From: the human T2T-CHM13v2.0 reference genome, Homo sapiens | Length of the DNA stretch: 64,000 bases | NCBI RefSeq assembly: GCF_009914755.1 | Contig: NC_060933.1 | Direction: 5' to 3' (one strand) | Part shown: in pieces, positions 40,034 through 52,300 of the stretch | Numbering within the stretch: position 1 is the first letter of the stretch | How the letters are laid out: the number at the start of each line of letters is the position of its first letter | Translations under genes and position numbers: made by a program | Notes under the pieces: generated by a model | Databases searched by the model: none | Told to the model about the DNA's origin: nothing | Seen by the model: the letters and a program-made list of their open reading frames with translations, nothing else

Positions 40034-43000
40034 CAATGGAATGGAATCAACCCGAGTACAATGGAATGAAATGGAATGGAATGGAATGGAATGGAATGGA
40101 ATGGAATGGAATGGAATGAAATGGAATCAATCCGAGTGCAATGGAATAGAGAGGAATGGAATGGAAAGGAATGGAAACTACCCGAATGGAATGGAATGTA
40201 ATGGAGTGTAAGGGAATTGAATAGAATCAATCCGAATGGAATGGAATGGAATGGAACGGAATGTAATGTAATGTAATGGAATGGAATCAACCCGAGTGCA
40301 GGGGAAACGAATGGAATGGAATGCAATGGAATGCAATGGAATGGAATGGAATGGAATCAACTCGATTGCAATCGAATGGAATGGAATGGAATTAACCCGA
40401 ATAGAAAGGAATGGAATGGAATGGAACGGAACGGAACGGAATGGAATGGAATGGAATGGAATGGAATGGAAAGGAATGGAATGGAATGCAATGGAAAGGA
40501 ATGGAGTGGAATGTAATGTAATGGAATGGAATGGAATCAACGCGAGTGCAGGGGAATGGAATGGAATCGAATTTAATGGAATGGAATGGAATGGAATCAA
40601 CCCGACTGCAGGGGAATGTAATGGAACTGAATGCAATGGAATGGAATCATGCGGAATGGAATGGAATGGAATGGAATGGAATGGAATCAACCCAAGTACA
40701 GGGGAATGGAATGGAATGCAATGCAATGGAATGGAATCATCCGTAATGGAATGGAAATGAATGGAATGGAAAGGAATGGAATGGAATGGAATGGAATGGA
40801 ATGGAATGGAATGGAATCAACTCGATTGCAATCGAATGGAATGGAATGGAATTAACCCGAATAGAATGGAATGGAATGGAATGGAACGGAACGGAATGGA
40901 ATGGAATGGAATGGAATGGAACCGAACGGAACGGAATGGAATGGAATGGAATCAACGCGAGTGCAGGGGAATGGAATGGAATGGAATGCAATGGAATGGA
41001 ATCTTCCGGAATGGAATGGAATGGAATGGAATGCAATGGATTCAACTCGATTGCAATGGTACGGAGTAGAATGGAATGGAATGGAATGGAATGGAATGGA
41101 ATGGAATTAACCCGAATAGAATGGAATGGAAGGGAACGGAATAGAACGGAACGGAACGGAACGGAATGGAATGGAATGGAATGGAATGGAATGGAATGGA
41201 ATGGTATGGAATGGAATGGAATGGAATGGAGTCAACGCGAGTGCAGGGGAATGTAATGGAACGGAATGCAATGGAATGGAATGATCCGGAATGGAATGGA
41301 ATGGAATGGAATGGAATGGAATGGAATGGAATCAACCCGAGTGCAATGGAATGGAGTGGAATGGAATGGAATGGAATGGAACAACCCGAATGGAATGGAA
41401 TGTAATGGAGAGTAAGGGAGTTGAATAGAATCAATCCGAATGTAATGGAATGGAACGGAATGGAATGGAATGGAATGGAATGGAATGGAATGGAATGGAA
41501 TGGAATGGAATGCAAAGGAATGGAATCAACCCGAGTACAATGGAATGGAATGGAATGGAATGGAATGGAATGGAATGGAATGGAATGGAATGGAATCCAC
41601 CCGAGTGCAATGGAATGGAGAGGAATGGAATGGAATGGAATGGAAACTACCCGAATGGAATGGAATGTAATGGAGTGTAAGGGAATTGAATAGAATCAAT
41701 CCGAATGGAACGGAATGGAATGGAACGGAATGTAATGTAATGGAATGGAATGGAATCAACCCGAGTGCAGGGGAATGGAATGGAATGGAATGCAATGGAA
41801 TGGAATCATCCGGAATGGAATGTAATGGAATGCAATGGAATGGAATGGAATGGAATCAACCCGAGTGCAATGCAATGGAGTGAAATGGAATGGAATGGAA
41901 TCGAATGGAAACAACCAGAATGGATTGGAATATAATGGAGTTAAGGGAATTGAATAGAATCAATCTGAATGTAATGAAATGGAATGGAACGGAATGGAAT
42001 GCAATGGAATGGAACGGAATGGAATGGAATGCAATGGAATGGAATCAACCCGAGTACAGGGGAATGGAATGGAATGGAATGCAATGGAATGGAATCATCC
42101 GTAATGGAATGGAAAGCAATGGAATGGAATGGAATGGAATGGAATGGAATGGAATGGAATGGAATGGAATCAACGCGATTGCAATCGAATGGAATGGAAT
42201 GGAATTAACCCGAATAGAATGGAATGGAATTGAATGGAATGGAACGGAAAGGAATGGAATGGAACGGAATGGAATGGAATGGAATGGAACGGAACGGAAT
42301 GGAATGGAATGGAATTGAATGGAATGGACTGGAATCAACCCAACTGCAGGGGAATGGAATGGAATGGAATGCAATGGAATGGAATCATGCGGAACGGAAT
42401 GCAATGGAATGGAATGGAATCAACACGAGTGCAATGGAATGGAGTGGAATGGAATGGAATGGAATGGAATGGAACTACCCGAATGGAATGGAATGTAATG
42501 GAGAGTAAGGGAGTTGAATAGAATCAATCCGAATGTAATGGAAAGGAATGGAAAGGAATGGAATGGAATGGAATGGAATGCAATGGAATGGAATCAAACC
42601 GAGTACAATGGATTGGAATGGAATGGAATGGAATGGAATGGAATCAACACGAGTGCAATGGAATGGAGTGGAATGGAATGGAATGGAATGGAACAACGCG
42701 AATGGAATGGAATGTAATGGAGAGTAAGGGAGTTGAATAGAAACAATCCGAATGTAATGGAATGGAACGGAATGGAATGGAATGCAATGGAAGGGAATCA
42801 ACCCGAGTACAATGGAATGGAATGGAATGGAATGGAATGGAATGGAATGGAATGGAATGGAAAGAATGGAATGGAATCAACCCGAGTGCAATGGAATGGA
42901 GAGGAATGGAATGGAATGGAATGGAAACTACCCGAATGGAATGGAATGTAATGGAGTGTAAGGGAATTGAATAGAATCAATCCAAATGGAATGGAATGGA

Positions 43001-46000
43001 ATGGAACGGAATGTAAAGAATGGAATGGAATGGAATCAACACGAGTGCAGGGGAATGGAATGGAATGGAATGCAACGGAATGGAATCATCCGGAATGGAA
43101 TGGAATGGAATGCAATGGAATGGAATGGAATGGAATCAACCCGAGTGCAATGGAATGGAGTGAAATGGAATGGAATGGAATGGAAACAACCAGAATGGAT
43201 TGGAATATAATGGAGGGTAAGTGAATTGAATAGAATCAATCTGAATGTAATGAAATGGAATGGAACGGAATGGAATGGAATGGAATGGAATGGAATGGAA
43301 TGGAATGGAATTAACCGGAATAGAATGGAATGCAATGGAATGGAACGGAATGGAATGGAATGGAAGGTAATGGAATCAACACGAGTGCAGCGGAATGGAA
43401 TGGAAAGGAATGCAATGGAATGGAATCATCCGGAATGCAATGGAATGGAATGGAATGGAATGGAATGGAATGGAATGGAATGGAATCAACCCGAGTGCAA
43501 TGGAATGGAGTGGAATGGAATGGAATGGAATGGAACAACCCGAATGGAATGGAATGTAATGGAGAGTAAGGGAGTTGAATAGAATCAATCAGAATGTAAT
43601 GGAATGGAACGGAATGGAATGGAATGGAATGGAATGGAATGGAATGGAATGGAATGCAATGGAATGGAATCAACCCGAGTACAATGGAACGGAATGGAAT
43701 GGAATGTAGTAGAATGGAATGGAATGGAATGGAATGGAATCAACCCGAGTGCAATGGAATGGAGAGGAATGGAATGGAATGGAATGGAAACTACCCGAAT
43801 GGAATGGAATGTAATGGAGCGTAAGGGAATTGAATAGAATCAATCCGAATGGAATGGAATGGAATGGAACGGAATGTAATGGAATGGAATGGAATGGAAT
43901 CAACCCGAGTGCAGACGAATGGAATGGAATGGAATGCAATGGAATGGAATCATCCGGAATGGAATGGAATGGAATGCAATGGAGTAGAATGGAATGGAAT
44001 CAACCCGAGTGCAATGGAATGGAGTGAAATGGAATGGAATGGAATGGAAACAACCAGAATGGATTGGAATATAATGGAGTGTAAGGGAATTGAATAGAAT
44101 CAATCTGAATGTAATGGAATGGAATGGAACGGAATGGAATGGAATGGAATGGAATGCAATGGAATGGAATGCAATGGAATGGAATCAACCCGAGTGCAAT
44201 CGAATGGAATCGAATGGAATGGAATGCAATGGAATGGATTCAACTTGAATGGAATGGAAAGAATGGAATCAACACGAGTGGAAGGGCATGGATTGGAATG
44301 CAATGGAATGGAATCAACTCGAGTACAGGGGAATGGAACGGAATGGAATGCAATGGAATGGAATCATCCGTAATGGAATGGAAAGGAATGAAATGGAATG
44401 GAATGGAATGGAATGGATTGGAATGGAATGGAATCAACACGATTGCAATCGAATGGAATGGAATGGAATTAACCCGGATAGAATGGAATGGAATGGAATG
44501 GAACGGAACGGAATGGAATGGAATGGAATGGAATGGAATGGAACGGAATGGAAGGGAATGGAATGGAATGGAATGGAATGGAATGGAATGGAATCAACGC
44601 GAGTGCAGGGGAATGGCATGGAATGGAATACAATGGAATGGAATCTTCCAGAATGGAATGGAATGGAATGGAATGGAATGGAATGAAATGCAATGGATTC
44701 AACACGATTGCAATGGAATGGAATAGAATGGAATGGAATGGAATGGAATGGGATTAACCCGAATAGAATGGAATGGAATGGAATGGAATGGAACGGAATG
44801 CAACGGAATGGAATGGAATGGAATGGAATGGAATGGAATGGAATGGAATGGTATGGAATGGAATGGAATGGTACGGAATAGAATGGAATGGAACGAATTT
44901 TAATGGAATGGAATTGAATGGAATGGAATGGAATCAACGCGAGTGCAGGGGAATGTAATGGAATGGAATTGAATGGAATGGAATGGAATGGAATGGAATC
45001 AACGCGAGTGCAGGGGAATGTAATGGAACGGAATGCAATAGAATGGAATCATCCGGAATGGAATGGAATGGAATGGAATGGAATGGAATGGAATCAACCC
45101 GAGTGCAATGGAATGGAGTGGAATGGAATGGAATGGAATGGAACAACCCGAATGGAATGGAATGTAATGGAGAGTAAGGGAGTTGAATAGAATCAATCCG
45201 AATGTAATGGAATGCAATGCAACGGAATGGAATGGAATGGAATGGAATGGAATGGAATGCAAAGGAATGGAATCAACCCGAGTGGAATGGCATGGAATGG
45301 AATGCAATGGATTGGAATGGAATGGAATCAACTCGAGTGGAAAGGAATGGAATGGAATGGAAAGGAATGGAATGAAGTCAACTCGAGTGGAATGGAATGG
45401 AATGGAATGGATTGGAATGGATTGCAATGGAGTGAAATGGAATGGAATGGAATGGAATCAATCATGGAAGGGAATGTAATGGAGTGGAAAGAAGGGAATG
45501 GAATCAACCCGAGTGGAATGCAAGGCAATGGAATGGAATGGAAAGGAATGGAATGGAATCAACTCGATTGCAATGGAATGGAATGGAATGGAATGGAATG
45601 GAATGGAATGGAATGGAATGGAATGGAATTAACCGGAATAGAATGGAATGGAATGGAATGGAACGGAATGGAATGGAATGGAAGGGAATGGAATCAACAC
45701 GAGTGCAGGGGAATGGAATGGAATGGAATGCAATGGAATGGAATCATCCGGAATGGAATGGAATGGAATGGAATCAACTCCATTGCAATGGAATGGAATG
45801 GAATGGAATGGAATAAAATGGAATGGAATTAACCCGAATAGAATGGAATGCAATAGAATGGAATGCAACGGAACCGTATGGAGTGGAATGGAATGGAATG
45901 GAATCAACCCGAGTACAGGGGAATGGAATGGAATGGAATGCAATGGAATGGAGTCATCCGTAGTGGAATGGAAAGGAATGGAATGGAATGGAATGGAATG

Positions 46001-49000
46001 GAATGGAATCAACTCAATGGCAATCGAATGGAATGGAATGGAATTAACCCGAATAGAATGGAATGGAATGGAAAGGAACGGAATGGAATGGAATGGAACG
46101 GAACGGAATGGAATGGAATGGAATGGAATGGAATGGAATCAACGCGAGTGCAAGGGAATGGAATGGAATGGAATGCAATGGAATGGAATCTTCCGGAATG
46201 GAATGGAATGGAATGAAAGGCAATGGATTCAACTCGATTGCAATGGAATGGAATAGAATGGAATGGAATGGAATGGAATTTAATGGAATTGAATGGAATG
46301 GAATGCCTTCAAACCGAATGGAATGGAAAGAATGGAATCAACACTAGTGGAAACGAATGGAATGGAAAGGAATGGAATGGAATGGAATGGTACGGAATAG
46401 AACGGAATGGAACGAACTGGAATGGAATGGAATGGAATGGAATGGAATGGAATGGAATGGAATCGTTCCGAGTGGAATAGGAGGGAATGTATTCGAGTGG
46501 AATGGAAAGCAATGGAATCAACCAGAGTGGAATGGAAGGGAATGGAATGGAATGGAAACTAATATAATGGAATCAACCCGTGTGGAATGGAATGGAAAGG
46601 ACTGGAATGGAATGGAATGGAATGGAATGGCATGGAATCAACTCGATTGTAATGGAATGGAATGGAATGGAATGGAATGGAATGGAATGGAATTAACCCG
46701 AATACAATGGAATGGAATGGAATGGAACGGAATGGAGTGGAATGGAATGGAATCAACCCGAGTGCATGGGAATGGAATGGAAAGGAATGCAATGGAATGG
46801 AATCATCCGGAATGGAATGGAATGGAATGGAATGCAAAGCAATGGAATCAACTCGATTGCAATTGAATGGAATGGAATGGAAAGGAATAGAATGGAATCA
46901 ACCCGAGTGTAATGGAATGGAAACGACTGGAATGGAGTGGAATGGAATGGAATGGAATGGAATGGAATGGAATCAACTCGATTGGAATGGAATGGAATGG
47001 AATGGAATGGAATGGAATTAACCCGAATAGAATGGAATGGAATGGAATGGAACGGAATGGAATGGAATGGAATGGAATGGAATCAACCCGACTGCAGGGG
47101 AATGGAATGAAATGGAATGGAATGGAATGGAATCATCCGGAACGGAATGGAATGGAATGGAATGGAATCAACTCGATTGCAATGGAATGGAATGGAATGG
47201 AATGGAATAAAATGGAATGGAATGGAATTAACCGGAATAGAATGGAATGGAATGGAATGGAACGGAATGGTATGGAATGGAATGGAATGGAATTTAATGG
47301 AATGGAATGGAATCAACCCGAGTGCAGGGGAATGGAATGGAATGGAATGCAATGGAATGGAATCATCCGGAATGGAATGGAATGGAATGGAATGCAATCA
47401 ACCTGATGCAATGGAATGGAGTGGAATGGAATGGAATGGAATGGAAACATCCCGAATGTAATGGAATGTAATGGAGTGTAAGGGAATTGAATAGAATCAA
47501 TCCGAATGTAATGGAATGGAATGGAATGAAATGGAAAGGAATGGAATGGAATGGAATGGAATCAACCCGAGTGCAATGGAATGGATTCGAATGGAATGGA
47601 ATGGAATGGAATGGATTCAACAAGAGTGGAATGGAAAGGAATGGAATCAACCCGAGTGTAATGGCATGGAATGGAACGGAATGGAATGGGATGGAATGGA
47701 ATGGTACGGAATAGAATGGAATGGAATGATATGGAATGGAATGGAATGGAATGGAATGGAATGGAATGGAATGGAATGAACCCGTGTGCAATGGAATGGA
47801 ATGGAATGGAATGGAATGGATTCAACTCGAATGGAATCAACTCGATTGCAATGGAATGGAATGGAATTGAAAGGAATAGAATGGAATCAACCCGAGTGGA
47901 ATGGAATGGAAAGGACTGGAATGGAGTGGAATGGAATGGAATGGAATTAACCCGAATAGAATGAAATGGAACGGAATGGAATGGAATGGAATGGAATGGA
48001 ATGGAATGGAATCAACCCGAGTGCAGGGGAATGGAATGGAATGGAATGCAATGGAATGAAATCATCCGGAATGGAATGGAATGGAATGGAATGGAATGGA
48101 ATGGAATCAACTCGATTTCAATGGAATGGAATGGAATAGAATGGAATGGAATTAACACGAAAGAATGGAATGGAATGGAATGGAATGGAATGGAATGGAA
48201 AAGAAAGGAATGGAAAGGAATGGAATGGAATCAACCCAAGTGCAGGGGAATGGAATGCAATGGAATTCAATGGAATGGAATCATCCGGAATGGAATGGAA
48301 TGGAATGGAATGGAATGGAATGGAATGGAATGGAATGGAATGGAATCAACCCGAGTGCAATGGAATGGAGAGGAATGGAATGGAATGGAATGGAAACTAC
48401 ACGAATGGAATGGAATGTAATGGAGTGTAAGGGAATTGAATAGAATGAATCCGAATGGAATGGAATGGAATGGAATGGAATGGAATGGAATGGAAAGGAA
48501 TGGAATGGAATGGAATGGAATGGAATGGAATGCAATGCCATGGAATCAACCCAAGTGCAATCGAATGGAATCGAATGGAATGGAATGCAATGGAATGGAT
48601 TGAACTTGAATGGAATGGAAAGAATGGAATCATAACGAGTGGAATGGCATGGTTTGGAATGGAATGGAATGGAATCAACTCGATTGCAATCGAATGGAAT
48701 GGAATGGAATTAACCCGAATAGAATGGAATGGAATGGAATGGAATGGAACGGAACGGAATGGAATGGAATGGAATGGAATGGAATGGAATGGAATGCAAT
48801 GGAATGGAATCAACGCGAGTGCAGGGAAAAGGAATGGAATGGAATGCAATGGAATGGAATCTTCCGGAATGGAATGGAATGGAATGGAATAGAATGGAAT
48901 GGAATGGAATGGAATGGAATGGAATCAACCCGAGTACAGGGGAATGGAATGGAATGTAATGCAGTGGAATGGAATCATTCGTAATGGAATGGAAAGGAAT

Positions 49001-49386
49001 GGAATGGAATGGAAAGGAATGGAATGCAATGGAATGGAATCTTCCGGAATGGAATAGAATTGAATGCAATGGATTCAACTCGATTGCAATGGAATGGAAT
49101 GGAATGGAATTGAATGCAATGGATTCATCTCTACTGCAATGGAATGGAATAGAATGGAATGGAACGGAATGGAATGGAATTAACCCGAATAAAATGGAAT
49201 GGAATGGAATGGAACGGAACGGAACAGAACGGAACGGAATGGAATGGAATGGAATGGAATGGAATGGTGTGGAATGGAATGGAATGTAAGGAATAGAATG
49301 GAATGGAAACAATTGGAATGGAATGGAATCGAATGGAATGGAATGGAATGGAACGGAATGGAAAGAAGGGAATGGAATCAACCCGA

Positions 49387-52300
49387 GTTGATTGCATTGC
49401 TTTGCGTTCCGTTCCATTACATTCCTTTTCATTGTATTCGGGTTAATTCCATTGCATTCCATTCCATTCCTTTCCATTCCATTACAATGGAGTTGATTCC
49501 ATTCCATTCCATTCCATTCCATTCCATTCCAGTCCTTTCCATTCCATTCCACTCGGGTTGATTCCATTCTATTAGTTTCCATTCCATTCCATTCCCTTCC
49601 ATTCCACTCTGGTTGATTCCATTCCTTTCCATTCCACTCCATTCCATTCCATTCCGTTCCGTGCCATTCCATTCCATTCCATTCCATTCCATTCCATTCC
49701 GTTCCGTTTTATTCCATTTCATTCCATTCTATTTGGGTTAATTCCATTCCATTCCATTCGATTGCAATCCTGTTGATTCCATTCCATTCCATTCCATTCC
49801 ATTCCATTCCATTCCTTTCCATTCCATTACGGATGATTCCATTCCATTGCATTCCATTCCATTCCATTCCCCTGTACTCGGGTTGATTCCATTCCATTGC
49901 ATTCCAATCCATGCCCTTCCACTCGTGTTGATTCCATTCTTTCCATTCCATTCAAGTTGAATCCATTCCATTGCATTCCATTCCATTCGATTCCATTCGA
50001 TTGCACTCGGGTTGATTCCATTCCATTGCATTCCATTCCATTCCATTCCATTCCATTACATTCGGATTGATTCTATTCAATTCCCTTACACTCCATTACA
50101 TTCCATTCCATTCGGGTAGTTTCCATTCCATTCCATTCCATTCCTCTCCATTCCATTGCACTCGGGTTGATTCCATTCCATTGCATTCCATTCCATTCCA
50201 TTCAATTCCATTCCGTTCCATTCCATTCCATTACATTCGGATTGATTCTATTCAACTCCCTTACTCTCCATTACATTCCATTCCATTCGGGCTCTTCCAT
50301 TCCATTCCATTCCATTCCACTCCATTCCATTGCACTCGGGTTTATTCCATTCCATTCCATTCCATTCCATTCCATTCCATTCCATTCCGGAAGATTCCAT
50401 TCCATTGCATTCCATTCCATTCCATTCCCCTGCACTCGCGTTGATTCCATTCCATTCCATTCCATTCCATTCCATTCCATTCCATTCCATTCCTTTCCGT
50501 TCCATTCCATTCCATTCCATTCCATTCCATTCCATTCCATTCCGTTCCGTTCCTTTCCGTTCCATTCCATTCCATTGCATTCAATTCGGGTTAATTCCAT
50601 TCCATTCCATTCGATTGCAATCGAGTTGATTCCATTCCATTCCATTCCATTCCATTAAATTCCATTCCATTCCATTCCATTACGGATGATTCCATTCCGT
50701 TGCATTCCATTCCATTCCATTCCCCTGTACTCGGGTTCATTCCATTCCATTCCATTCCAATCCATGCCATTCCACTCGTGTTGATTCCATTGTTTCCATT
50801 CCATTCAAGTTGAATCCATTCCATTGCATTCCATTCCATTCCACTCCCCTGCAGTCGGGTTGATTCCATTCCATTCCTTTCCATTCCATTCCATTCCATT
50901 CCATTCCGTTCCGTTCCGTTCCATTGATTCCATTCCATTCTATTCGGGTTAATTCCATTCCATTCCATTCCATTCCATTCCATTCCAATCGAGTTTATTC
51001 CATTCCATCCCATTCCATTCCATTCCATTCCACTCCATTTCAGTCCTTTCCATTCCATTCCACTCGGGTTGATTCCAATGTATTGCTTTCCATTCCATTC
51101 CATTCCATTGCAATCGAGTTGATTCCATTGCTTTGCATTCCATTCCATTCCATTCCATTCCGGATGATTCCATTCCATTGCGTTCCATTCCATTCCATTC
51201 CCCTGCACTCGGGTTGATTCCATTCCATTCCACTCCATTCCGTTCCATTCCATTCCATTCCATTGTATTCGGGTTAATTCCATTCCATTCCAGTCCATTC
51301 CATTCCATTCCATTCCTTTCCATTCCATTACAATCGAGTTGAATCCATTCCATTCCATTCCATTCCAGTCCTTTCCATTCCATTCCACTCGGGTTGATTC
51401 CATTCTATTAGTTTCCATTCCATTCCATTCCCTTGCATTCCACTCTGGTTGATTCCATTCCTTTCCATTCCACTCGAATAAATTCCCTTCTATTCCACTC
51501 GCAACGATTCCATTCCATTCCATTCCATTCCATTCCATTTCGATCCATTCCATTCTATTCCGTATCATTCCATTCCATTCCATTCCATTCCATTCCATTC
51601 CATTCCACTCGTGTTGATTCCATTCCTTTCCATTCCATTCGGTTTGAAGGCATTCCATTCCATTCCATTCCATTCCATTCCATTCCATTCCATTGTACTC
51701 TGGTTGATTGCATTCCATTGCATTCCATTCCATTCCATTCCGTTGCATTCCATTCCATTACATTCGGATTGATTCTATTCAACTCAATTACATTCCATTA
51801 CATTCCATTCCATTCGGGTTGTTCCATTCCATTCCATTCCATTCCACTCCATTCCATTGCACTCGGGTTGATTCCATTCCATTCCATTCCATTCCATTCC
51901 ATTCCATTCCGGATGATTCCATTCCATTGCATTCCGTTCCATTACATTCCCCTGCACTCGCGTTGATTCCATTCCATTCCATTCAATTCCATTAAATTAC
52001 AATTCGTTACATTCCATTCTATTCCGTACCATTCCATTCCATTCCATACCATTCCATTCCATTCCATTCCATTCCATTCCGTTCCATTCCGTTCCATTGC
52101 ATTCCATTCCATTCTATTCGGGTTCATTCTATGCCATTCCATTCCGTTCCATTCTATTCCATTCCATTGCAATCGAGTTGAATCCATTGCGTTTCATTCC
52201 ATTCCATTCCATTCCATTCCATTCCGGAAGATTCCATTCCATTGCATTCCATTCCATTCCATTCCCCTGCACTCGCGTTGATTCCATTCCATTCCATTCC

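Larger units (their letters stand above)
25474..49386 (-). repeat. HSat3 block 4, inverted (GGAAT on + strand), ~23.9 kb (domain A to ~32460, then domain B)
   Basis: Starts at ccattgcacac|ggaatgg (same junction sequence as 4285) and ends at ggaatcaacccgagt|tgattgcattgc (49375-49400). Confidence 0.95.

Noticed and set aside
1-42400. A regular 21.19 kb higher-order repeat
   Set aside because: Identity at offset 21189 stops at 5261/26450. Beyond that the two regions differ, and they have opposite orientation after 7654.
48710-49687. Chimeric ORFs switching from MEWNG to IPFHS (also 4033..4338, 7456..7830, 25222..25527)
   Set aside because: They only cross the strand-switch junctions. They are useful as junction markers but are not genes.
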